From positions 1-57,768 of the forward strand of contig JANMDS010000163.1 in assembly GCA_031376405.1 (NCBI GenBank): 57,768 nt of DNA, read 5' to 3'. The stretch's first letter is position 1. Each line of letters starts with the position of its first letter. Below, one piece after another: positions 1 to 7,465 of this stretch. Both the position numbers and the translations under genes were made by a program. The stretch is from Betaproteobacteria bacterium (GTDB lineage: Bacteria > Pseudomonadota > Gammaproteobacteria > Burkholderiales > Casimicrobiaceae). The notes below the pieces were generated by a model that was not told the DNA's origin, did no database searches, and saw only the letters and a program-made list of their open reading frames with translations.

Positions 1-179
1 TGTTAGTAGGCTTGGGGCTACGAGAATTTTCGATGCACCCGGCAAACATTCTGCGCGTAAAACAGCGCCTGCTCCAAACCGATGCCCAAGCGTGCACGCA
101 CATTGCCAGCCGCATGATGCGCACGGATGATCCGCTGAAGGTGGCCGCGCTGGCTAAGAAGTTGAATAGCAGCGCGTAG
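1..179 (+). CDS. 3' end of a PTS enzyme I family gene (PEP-protein phosphotransferase, PtsP/PtsI-like); the 5' part lies outside the window
   Basis: Frame 3 reads ...LVGLGLREFSMHPANILRVKQRLLQTDAQACTHIASRMMRTDDPLKVAALAKKLNSSA*, with the stop at 177-179. The GLxxFSMxP..I..VK block resembles the C-terminal end of enzyme I. It is absent from the ORF track because there is no start in the window. Confidence 0.5.
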   Translation, partial: LVGLGLREFSMHPANILRVKQRLLQTDAQACTHIASRMMRTDDPLKVAALAKKLNSSA

Positions 180-211
180 TTTTGCGCAAGCGAAAAAAAT
201 CGTGATTTTCC

Positions 212-253
212 GGGGAGATAATATTCAAAAATGGCTGGCTTTGCGCCGCAGGT
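212..253 (-). repeat. Repeat unit (42-nt family), reverse orientation; a degenerate partner arm lies upstream (about 180-211)
   Basis: ggggagataatattcaaaaatggctggctttgcgccgcaggt. Confidence 0.8.
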
Positions 254-277
254 TTAGAGCGGTCTTACCGCTTACCT

Positions 278-1774
278 TCACACCAACACGATATCGTATT
301 GCTCTTGGTTGTAGGCCGTCTCCACCTGCATGGAAATGCGTTTGCCCAATGATTTTTCGAGTTCGATGAGCGTGGGCGCCTCCTCATCTAAAAAGCAATC
401 AATCACCTGTTGGGATGCCATGATGCGAAACTCGATGGGGTTGAATTGTCGGGCTTCGCGGATGAGTTCGCGCATGATTTCGTAACACACAGTTTGCGCG
501 GTTTTGAGCTCGCCACGCCCAGCGCAGGTGGGGCAAGGTTCGCAGATCACATGCGCGAGCGATTCGCGCGTGCGTTTGCGCGTCATCTCTACCAAACCCA
601 ATTGCGTGAAGCCGTTTACCGTTACCCGCGTGCGGTCACGGTCAAGTGCGCGCTTCAATTCCGAGAGCACGGCATCGCGGTGGGGCACGTAATCCATGTC
701 GATGAAATCGAGAATGATCATGCCGCCTAAATTGCGTAGACACAGTTGCCGCGCGATGGCTTGCGCGGCTTCCAAGTTGGTTTTGAAAATAGTATCGTCG
801 AAATTGCGCAGCCCTACGAATCCGCCAGTGTTCACATCTACCGTAGTCAGCGCTTCGGTTTGGTCGATGATGAGATACCCACCGGACTTTAAATCCACGC
901 GCCGCTGCAGCGCTTTTTGGATTTCTTCCTCTACGTTATACAAATCAAAAAGCGGGCGCTCGCCGGCGTAGGCGTGGATGCGATCGACCATCGCCACCGA
1001 ATATTCCTGGGCAAACTCGCGCATGTGTTGGAACGTGGCTTGCGAATCGACGAGAATGCGCGAGGTGCTCTCCGAAACATAATCGCGCATGATCCGTTGG
1101 GCCAAAGTTAAATCTTGATGGACGCAGCTCGTAGCGGGCATCGTGCGCGCCCGCTCGCACACATCTTTCCAAAGCTTCGTTAAGTATTCAACGTCATGCT
1201 TCAACTCTTCTTCGCTGGCGATCTCCGCCATCGTGCGGATGATGAAGCCGCCTTTTATGTCTGGCGGCAGTAAATGCTGCAAGCGCTCGCGCAGCTCGGC
1301 GCGCTCGGCTTCATCTTCAATGCGTTGCGAAATGCCGATATGCGAATCTTGCGGCAGAAACACCAAAAAGCGCCCAGCGAGACTAATTTGCATCGTCAGC
1401 CGCGCGCCTTTGCTGCCAATGGGGTCTTTAATCACTTGCACAAGGATGGGTTGGCCCTCGTGCAGTATTTTTTCAATCGGTTTGTGGTCGGTTTGTGAGG
1501 AAGGCAGGCCGCTTTTTTTGCCGCCGTTACTTGGGTGCGGCAGGTTGTTGTCCCACACATCGGCGACGTGCAAAAAACCGGCGCGATCGAGCCCAATTTC
1601 AATAAAAGCCGATTGCATGCCCGGCAACACGCGCCCAACTTTCCCCAAATAAATATTGCTTACCAGGCCACGCGCCCGCGCCCGCTCTATGTGCAGCTCC
1701 TGCACTACAGCATGATCGAGCACCGCCACCCGCGTTTCGCGGGGGGTGACGTTGATGAGGATTTCTTCTGACAA
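278..1774 (-). CDS. rng: Ribonuclease G (RNase E/G family)
   Basis: 498 aa. It has an N-terminal S1-like segment (NIYLGKVGRVLPGMQSAFIEIG), an RNase E/G catalytic core (GGMIILDFIDM) and a CPxCxGxG zinc-link (CEPCPTCAGRG). The size fits RNase G rather than RNase E. Confidence 0.9.
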   Translation of the reverse strand: MSEEILINVTPRETRVAVLDHAVVQELHIERARARGLVSNIYLGKVGRVLPGMQSAFIEIGLDRAGFLHVADVWDNNLPHPSNGGKKSGLPSSQTDHKPIEKILHEGQPILVQVIKDPIGSKGARLTMQISLAGRFLVFLPQDSHIGISQRIEDEAERAELRERLQHLLPPDIKGGFIIRTMAEIASEEELKHDVEYLTKLWKDVCERARTMPATSCVHQDLTLAQRIMRDYVSESTSRILVDSQATFQHMREFAQEYSVAMVDRIHAYAGERPLFDLYNVEEEIQKALQRRVDLKSGGYLIIDQTEALTTVDVNTGGFVGLRNFDDTIFKTNLEAAQAIARQLCLRNLGGMIILDFIDMDYVPHRDAVLSELKRALDRDRTRVTVNGFTQLGLVEMTRKRTRESLAHVICEPCPTCAGRGELKTAQTVCYEIMRELIREARQFNPIEFRIMASQQVIDCFLDEEAPTLIELEKSLGKRISMQVETAYNQEQYDIVLV

Positions 1775-1820
1775 GTCGTGCGTCCTAGTGCAGGCATTGC
1801 GCTGCAGGTGATACCGAATA

Positions 1821-2435
1821 TTACGTCAGATCAATGCCCACACGACGCAACAGCTCAGCCGTTTCAAATAGCGGCAATCCCACCACCCCGGAATAGCTGC
1901 CCTCAATGCGCTCCACCCACATGGCCGCTTTGCCCTGTATGCCGTAGGAGCCCGCTTTGTCCATCGGCTCGCCGGAGGCTACGTAACTGGAAATTTCCAT
2001 ATCGTTGATGTCACGAAAACGCACGCGCGTGTTCGAAATATCGTGAAAAGTTTGAATGCCGTTGGTGACGGCCACGGCGGTAATCACGTCATGCACGCCC
2101 CCAGAAAGCGTGCGAAGCGTGGCCATCGCATCCATCGCTGTGGCCGGTTTGCCAATGATTTTGCCGTTGTGCACAACTATGGTGTCGGCAGTGAGCAACG
2201 GCTTGTTATGCAAACGGCGCTGCCCGATACGAAGCCAGCCGATTTCACATTTAATTTTCGCCATGCGCTCGACGTAGGTGAAAGGGGACTCGCCTGGACG
2301 CGGCGTTTCGTCGACATCGCGCGAACGGGTCGTGCCTTCGCGCAAATGCACCACGGACACCATGATGCCGATTTGTTGCAGGAGCTCCAGACGCCGCGGA
2401 CTTTTTGATGCAAGATAAATTTCGTTTTGAGCCAT
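1821..2435 (-). CDS. maf: Maf-like nucleoside triphosphate pyrophosphatase
   Basis: 204 aa. It has the N-terminal ASKSPRRLELL signature and the C-terminal DKAGSYGIQG motif, and sits between rng and rlmH as in many proteobacteria. Confidence 0.85.
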   Translation of the reverse strand: MAQNEIYLASKSPRRLELLQQIGIMVSVVHLREGTTRSRDVDETPRPGESPFTYVERMAKIKCEIGWLRIGQRRLHNKPLLTADTIVVHNGKIIGKPATAMDAMATLRTLSGGVHDVITAVAVTNGIQTFHDISNTRVRFRDINDMEISSYVASGEPMDKAGSYGIQGKAAMWVERIEGSYSGVVGLPLFETAELLRRVGIDLT

Positions 2436-2510
2436 GTGCTGTAAGCGCTACGTTGCATAAATCCCACCCGCGGCGCTACCCCGATGTCATTATATGGAGA
2501 CACTATACCG

Positions 2511-2981
2511 CTAATCCCGGTGATATGGATGCCCTTGCGCCAAGGAAATTGCACGGTAAAGTTGCTCTGTTGCCACGATGCGCGCCAAACCATGCGGCAA
2601 GGTGAGCGCGGAGAGCGACCACTGCCAGGTGGCGCTGCGTTTGAGCGCCGCGTCGAGGCCATCGGCGCTGCCAATCACAAACACCGTTTCGGCGTGTTCC
2701 TGGGCGGTGGCGGTGAGTTTTTCAGAAAGCGCGCGGGAGGTGAGGCTCAGGCCGCGCTCGTCTAAGGTCACCAACGCCGCCCCGCGCGGGATGTGTGCGC
2801 GAATTTTCTGGGCTTCTTCGGCGAGCAAAATTTCGGTGGCCCGGCCCTCGGTGCGCTTTTCCGGCTTCAGCTCCACCAACGTAAACGGCCACGCCCGTCC
2901 GAAACGCTTGCTGTACTCCTCGCCTGCCTCCACCACCCAGCGCGGCTGGTTGTAGCCTAGGCAAACAAGCGTAATACGCAC
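2511..2981 (-). CDS. rlmH: 23S rRNA (pseudouridine1915-N3)-methyltransferase RlmH (SPOUT)
   Basis: 156 aa with a GTG start. It has EYSKRF near the N-terminus and the C-terminal LPHGLARIVATEQLYRA..GHPYHR typical of RlmH. It lies directly downstream of rsfS. Confidence 0.88.
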   Translation of the reverse strand: MRITLVCLGYNQPRWVVEAGEEYSKRFGRAWPFTLVELKPEKRTEGRATEILLAEEAQKIRAHIPRGAALVTLDERGLSLTSRALSEKLTATAQEHAETVFVIGSADGLDAALKRSATWQWSLSALTLPHGLARIVATEQLYRAISLAQGHPYHRD

Positions 2982-3008
2982 GGCGTGGTTTGTTGCACGG
3001 GGGCGAGC

Positions 3009-3653
3009 TTACGCCTCTTTCAAGCGACGGCGCACTGCGGCAGGTGCGGCTTTTTTCGCAGCAGGTGCTTTCACCGCTGGCGCTTTAGTTGCCGGCGCTT
3101 TTTTCGCCACTACTTTCTTTGTTGCGGGCGTTTTCACAGCAGCGGCTTTCTCGGCAGGCTTTGTCGACGCGGGTGCTTTTGTGGCTGCCACTTTTTTAGC
3201 TAACGGTTTTTTCGTCGCTAGTTTTTTCGCAGCCTTTGGGGCGGGCGTGGCAGCAGGCGCAGCGGTCTTGGGCGGCTTAAGTTTTGTAACGGCTTTTTTC
3301 GCGGGCGCAGCGTTGGTCGCGCGCGTAGGCTCGGGCGGCGTCCACAGTTCTTCTAGGTTGTAGTACGTGCGCACGTTTGGCTGCATGATGTGGACCACAA
3401 AATCAGCGCAATCCACCAACACCCAATCACCGGACTCTTCGCCTTCGGTGCCCACGATCGTGCCGCCGTTGGCTTTCACCTCTTCGCGCACGTTGTTGGC
3501 CAGTGCCTTGGTTTGCCGCGCCGATTCGGCTGTGGCAATAATCAACGTGTCGTACAACGAAGTTTGTTTCCGCACATCAAGTACGAGAATGTCGCGCGCT
3601 TTAATATCTTCCAGAGCAGTTACCGCAATTTTGGTCAGTTTGTCGAGACGCAT
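3009..3653 (-). CDS. rsfS: Ribosome silencing factor RsfS with a ~100-aa Lys/Ala/Pro-rich C-terminal extension
   Basis: The first ~110 aa (LEDIKARDILVLDVRKQTSLYDTLIIATAESARQ...DWVLVDCADFVVHIMQP..R.YYNLEELW) match the RsfS/iojap fold. Residues ~111-214 are AKKA/KAPA-type low-complexity repeats. Confidence 0.85.
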   Translation of the reverse strand: MRLDKLTKIAVTALEDIKARDILVLDVRKQTSLYDTLIIATAESARQTKALANNVREEVKANGGTIVGTEGEESGDWVLVDCADFVVHIMQPNVRTYYNLEELWTPPEPTRATNAAPAKKAVTKLKPPKTAAPAATPAPKAAKKLATKKPLAKKVAATKAPASTKPAEKAAAVKTPATKKVVAKKAPATKAPAVKAPAAKKAAPAAVRRRLKEA

Positions 3654-3694
3654 GTTGTGTTCAAGCCTTAATCAGGCCTACAGTTTACTCGCCG

Positions 3695-3760
3695 ATACCG
3701 CGAAAACGCGCGCTTTTTGAGGAGATAAATCCTTAAAAATGCCGTTTTTGCGCCGCAGGT
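3695..3760. repeat. Head-to-head repeat pair with a degenerate left end
   Basis: ataccgcgaaaacgcgcgctttttgaggagataaatccttaaaaatgccgtttttgcgccgcaggt. Confidence 0.8.
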
Positions 3761-3762
3761 TT

Positions 3763-4119
3763 TTACTGTTTTAGTTCGACAGCCCAGCCGTTGACCGAGC
3801 CGATATACGCCCACATCGCGTCGAGCTCGCCTGGCTTTAAGCTACTTTCCCAAGCGGGCATCGCGCGTATTCCTTTGTTGACACTTTGGACGAAACGCTC
3901 TTTTGCATCCGCAGGAAACGCGCGCAGATCGCTGCCTAGGCCGTTGGAGACTAAATTTAGCCCGTGGCAGCGGGCACACATAAGCGTGTAGCGGCTGCGG
4001 CCTTGCCCAATGAGCTGCGCCGCGCCATCGTTCGCCGCCGGCGCAACAACCGTCGGCGCGGGCGAAGGCGTGCTAGGCGTTTGCGCGCAGCCGGTGACGG
4101 CAATGCACGCAAAGACCAT
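3763..4119 (-). CDS. Class I c-type cytochrome, predicted lipoprotein; likely electron acceptor of the adjacent PQQ dehydrogenase
   Basis: An internal ATG at 4119 gives MVFACIAVTGCAQ.. with a lipobox-like VTGC. There is a single CxxCH (CARCH) and a distal AMPAW Met ligand. The longer tracked ORF (to 4314) overlaps the upstream gene and was trimmed. Confidence 0.75.
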   Translation of the reverse strand: MVFACIAVTGCAQTPSTPSPAPTVVAPAANDGAAQLIGQGRSRYTLMCARCHGLNLVSNGLGSDLRAFPADAKERFVQSVNKGIRAMPAWESSLKPGELDAMWAYIGSVNGWAVELKQ

Positions 4120-4133
4120 TGCGACCGCGTATT

Positions 4134-5843
4134 TCAACGCTTCAGCGCAAACGTCCACAACGAGCCGCCAGCGGCCACGTTGGTCACATCTGGATCGCCG
4201 CCGAGCGCGGCATACACCGTGCCCGAGCCACTGGTGACGGTAATATATTGCACGCCGTTGCGCTCCCAGGCGATGGGCAAACCGGAAATGCCCGAGCCCG
4301 TTTGGAACCGCCAAAGCACTTTGCCGTCGCTGGCATCAAACGCCATGAGCGCGCCGGTTTGCGAGCCGCTGAACACCACGCCGCCCTTGGTTGAGAGTAC
4401 GCCGCTCCAATGCGGTGATTTTGTTGTGGCTTCCCAAACTTTACGGTTGCGAATCGGGTCCCACGCCATCAGCGCGCCACGGTTGCCATCGTCGGGGCCG
4501 ACGAAGCCGCCGAGCTCTAAGCCCAACCACCAATTCGGCCCGCCGGGGCGCTCTTGTTTAACGTACTTCACTTTCATGCCCACGTTTACGGTGTTCATGA
4601 ATACCAAATTGCGCGAAGGATCGAAGCTCATCGGCATCCAATTTTTTCCGCCAAACGCGCTCGGCCACGCCTCAATAAAATCCGCTCCCACTTCGGTTTT
4701 ACGCAGGCCCGCGGTCATCGGCGTGTCAATCGGGCGGCCCGTGTTTTGATCGATACCAGTGGCCCAATTTATTTTTTTGGCAAACGGCTGAGCAGAGATA
4801 AATTTGCCGTTGGTGCGGTTGATCACGTAGAAAAATCCATTGCGATTGGCTTGCATTAATACTTTGGCGGTGCCCCCGCTCATCGGCAAATCCGCGAGTA
4901 CGAGCTCATTGGTGCCATCGTAGTCAAACGGGTCGCCCGGCGAAAATTGAAAGTGCCACACAATTTCGCCCGAGCTGGGGCGAATGGCCAACACAGAATT
5001 GATGTAGAGCGAATCGCCGCCGCGCGTAGCCGGGTTCCACGGTGAGCCGTTGCCTGTGCCCCAATAGACCAAATCGAGCTCAGGGTCATACGTGCCGGTG
5101 AGCCACGTTGTCGCCCCGCCGTTGATCGCGATGCCAGGGTTCCACGTGTCGCCGCCTTTTTCACCTGGCAACGCGGTGGTAAAGCGCTTCCATTTTTCTT
5201 GGCCGGTTTTCAAATCCCAGCCCGTTAAAAATCCGCGCGCGCCATACTCGCCGCCGCTAATGCCCGTGATGAGCACGCCGCCCGCAATCAACGGCGCGTG
5301 GGTCAAGCTGTAGCCGCCTTTGTAGTCCGCCGCCTTCGAGCGCCAGAGCACTTTGCCATCCGTCGCGTTCATCGCCATCACATGGGCATCAATGCTCGTG
5401 CGGTAGAGCACGCCATCGAGCGCAGCCAACCCACGGGTGTGAATGCCGCAACACAAATAGGCGTTAATGTCAGAGGGAATCTCAAGCGCCGTTTTCCATT
5501 TCTGCCGCCCCGTGAGCGGGTCGAGCGCGATGGTGTGGGAGTGGGTGGTGATGTACATCGTGTCGCCGATTAAGAGCGGCTGGCTCGACGCATTGGCTGA
5601 ATTGTCCAAGCTCAAATTCCACGTTGGCACCAAATCTTTCACGTTCTGCGGCGTAATCTGGCCCCCGGTTGCGTGCCGTTGCTGGCTCCAGCCCATGCCG
5701 TAAGTGGTGATATCGCCCGCCGTTTGCGCATCTTGGCGCAAATCATTCATGGTTTGCGCTACGCACGCACTCGCAGCGAATAGAGAACCCAACACCAACG
5801 CCCATACACCGCGTTTAGAACCTAACTGCCTTTGCCGCCACAT
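4134..5843 (-). CDS. PQQ-dependent dehydrogenase, methanol/ethanol family (quinoprotein), secreted
   Basis: 569 aa with a signal peptide. It has the vicinal Cys pair (YLCCGIHTRG), GGEYGARGF, W-rich propeller repeats and a DPFDYDG catalytic-Asp region. A cytochrome c gene follows immediately. Confidence 0.85.
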   Translation of the reverse strand: MWRQRQLGSKRGVWALVLGSLFAASACVAQTMNDLRQDAQTAGDITTYGMGWSQQRHATGGQITPQNVKDLVPTWNLSLDNSANASSQPLLIGDTMYITTHSHTIALDPLTGRQKWKTALEIPSDINAYLCCGIHTRGLAALDGVLYRTSIDAHVMAMNATDGKVLWRSKAADYKGGYSLTHAPLIAGGVLITGISGGEYGARGFLTGWDLKTGQEKWKRFTTALPGEKGGDTWNPGIAINGGATTWLTGTYDPELDLVYWGTGNGSPWNPATRGGDSLYINSVLAIRPSSGEIVWHFQFSPGDPFDYDGTNELVLADLPMSGGTAKVLMQANRNGFFYVINRTNGKFISAQPFAKKINWATGIDQNTGRPIDTPMTAGLRKTEVGADFIEAWPSAFGGKNWMPMSFDPSRNLVFMNTVNVGMKVKYVKQERPGGPNWWLGLELGGFVGPDDGNRGALMAWDPIRNRKVWEATTKSPHWSGVLSTKGGVVFSGSQTGALMAFDASDGKVLWRFQTGSGISGLPIAWERNGVQYITVTSGSGTVYAALGGDPDVTNVAAGGSLWTFALKR

Positions 5844-5949
5844 GGAAAATCTCCTTAGGTTGATGTACTAAATACAAGCACTATCTCGCACTCGCGTCTC
5901 TGCAATATAGTGCGTTTTAATCACAAGCACAATACGCGGCGCGTCAAAA

Positions 5950-6017
5950 ACCTGCGGCGTAAAACCGGCACTTTTTGGACATTATCCCCGTAAAAAACCT
6001 GTTTTTTGGGATTCGCG
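5950..6017. repeat. Repeat unit (forward) plus a degenerate partner arm
   Basis: acctgcggcgtaaaaccggcactttttggacattatcccc, followed by gtaaaaaacctgttttttgggattcgcg. Confidence 0.8.
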
Positions 6018-6162
6018 ATGGCGCGCGCGCCGACCACTTACGCGCAAAAGCAAAGCCTTGGCGACGCCAGGGTGCGCTTCATCGCACGCGCCTAGAACGG
6101 CGATCGAATGCGCAATAAAAAGCGAACATTGCACTCAACATATACGAAAGCGCGGCACCCCC

Positions 6163-7269
6163 ATGAACGCATTTAATTTTTTCGCACCCCTACTCAAAAT
6201 CCACGCGACACGCGCACTATTGGCCGCCCTAGTTGTGCTGCCTGCGGGCGCGCACGCCCAAATTGGCTGGTCAGAATTTAAAACTGATGCGCTTAACGTA
6301 ACCCTCGTTTATCCAACCGATGTGGTGGGCCAAAAAACGCGCTTCAGCACCTTTGAGCTCGATGTGGCCGTGGACGCGCCGATTTCTGCGGGGGGGCCAC
6401 GCCGGTTAATCGTCATGTCCCACGGCGCGGGCGGAAGCGTTTTGTCGGATCACACACAAGCCGCCACGTTCGCCCGCGCGGGGTTCGTCGTTGCCCAGCC
6501 TCTGCACGCGGGCGACAACTTTCGCGATAGCGCCAAGAGCGGGCCTGGGAGTTGGGTTACGCGCCCCATGGAAATTTCCGCAGTCATTGATGCGCTGGCC
6601 GCGCATGCGCAATGGCGTTCGGCGTTGCAGCTAGATCGCGTGGGCGTACACGGCATGTCCGCTGGCGGGGCCACCGCGCTCATGCTCGCCGGTGCGCGCT
6701 GGCGCACGCTTGGGCTGCTGCAACATTGCAGCGCCAATCTCGATGCCGATGCTGGGTTTTGCTTCAACGGCATGACCGATCCCGCGCAACAAGCCCAACG
6801 CAAAGCGCAATATCTAAGCGTGAAAGGCGTTCCAGAAGCCTTTTTGCCTGCGAGCATTACAACGTGGAATGGCGGCAATGGCTTCGAAACCGACCCGCGC
6901 GCGGACAAGCGGATCGTCTCGGTGAGCGCAACCGTGCCGGTATCGGCGATTTTCTCCGTTGAAAGTTTGGCGCGAATAAACCTTCCGGTAGGCATCGTCG
7001 CCGCCGAAGCCGATACGATGCTAAAGCCCGCGTTTCACTCCGACTATGTGATGAAGCACTGCAAAGCCTGCATGCTTGTCGACAGCGTTCCAGGCGCGTC
7101 GCATTTGGACATGCTGCACCCGTGGCCCGCTAACGTAGCGGCGCAAACCGCGCGCACGCAGCCCATCGGAGCGGAGCTGAACGCGCAGTTCGACCCCGCC
7201 CGCCGCAGCGCTGCCTACACAAAAATTGCGCAATTCCATATGAAAAATTTGATCGACGCGAAACAGTAA
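6163..7269 (+). CDS. Secreted alpha/beta hydrolase (dienelactone hydrolase / PAF-acetylhydrolase-like)
   Basis: Start trimmed to the ATG at 6163 (MNAFNFFAPLLKIHATRALLAALVVLPAGAHAQ, a signal peptide). It has a GxSxG nucleophile elbow (GVHGMSAGG) and a late His (GASHLDM). Confidence 0.6.
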   Translation: MNAFNFFAPLLKIHATRALLAALVVLPAGAHAQIGWSEFKTDALNVTLVYPTDVVGQKTRFSTFELDVAVDAPISAGGPRRLIVMSHGAGGSVLSDHTQAATFARAGFVVAQPLHAGDNFRDSAKSGPGSWVTRPMEISAVIDALAAHAQWRSALQLDRVGVHGMSAGGATALMLAGARWRTLGLLQHCSANLDADAGFCFNGMTDPAQQAQRKAQYLSVKGVPEAFLPASITTWNGGNGFETDPRADKRIVSVSATVPVSAIFSVESLARINLPVGIVAAEADTMLKPAFHSDYVMKHCKACMLVDSVPGASHLDMLHPWPANVAAQTARTQPIGAELNAQFDPARRSAAYTKIAQFHMKNLIDAKQ

Positions 7270-7279
7270 ACCGCGAAAT

Positions 7280-7350
7280 ACCTGCGGCGAAAAAACAAGC
7301 ATTTTTGGAACGTATCTCCCTAAAAAAGGGTCACTTTTTGGCCTGCGTAT
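7280..7350. repeat. Repeat unit (forward) plus a degenerate partner arm
   Basis: acctgcggcgaaaaaacaagcatttttggaacgtatctccc, followed by taaaaaagggtcactttttggcctgcgtat. Confidence 0.8.
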
Positions 7351-7465
7351 GCGGCGCGAACCTGTCGCGATACGGGTACATCTTAATAAGAGCGTCAACG
7401 CCCCTCCCCGTTCTACGTTATCGTTACGTGTACGTCCGATTTAGGACGTTTGAAAGGCTCTGGCA

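Noticed and set aside
3739-3774. Mini-ORFs inside repeat units (e.g. ATG CCG TTT TTG CGC CGC AGG.. = MPFLRRRF..). The recurring peptide xLRRRY/F appears in many tracked ORFs (46672, 39435, 55890, 56067, 35809), preceded by the GGAG of GGAGATAA.
   Set aside because: The start codon is present in only some copies (ATG, GTG or none). The spacing to GGAG is ~14 nt. The reading frame closes at random distances outside the unit. The similarity is explained by the DNA repeat itself.
5878-5913. Inverted repeat GCACTAT..ATAGTGC upstream of the PQQ dehydrogenase start.
   Set aside because: It has only 7-bp arms with a 22-nt spacer, which is easily a chance match in a 300-nt spacer. It is noted as a possible site, but I cannot support it.
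6058-6162. N-terminal extensions of tracked ORFs (6058-, 15423-, 29424-, 28394-, 36843-, 36820-, 40165-, 57038-).
   Set aside because: In each case an internal ATG gives a canonical signal peptide or a conserved N-terminus. The extension overlaps a neighbouring gene or a repeat unit.
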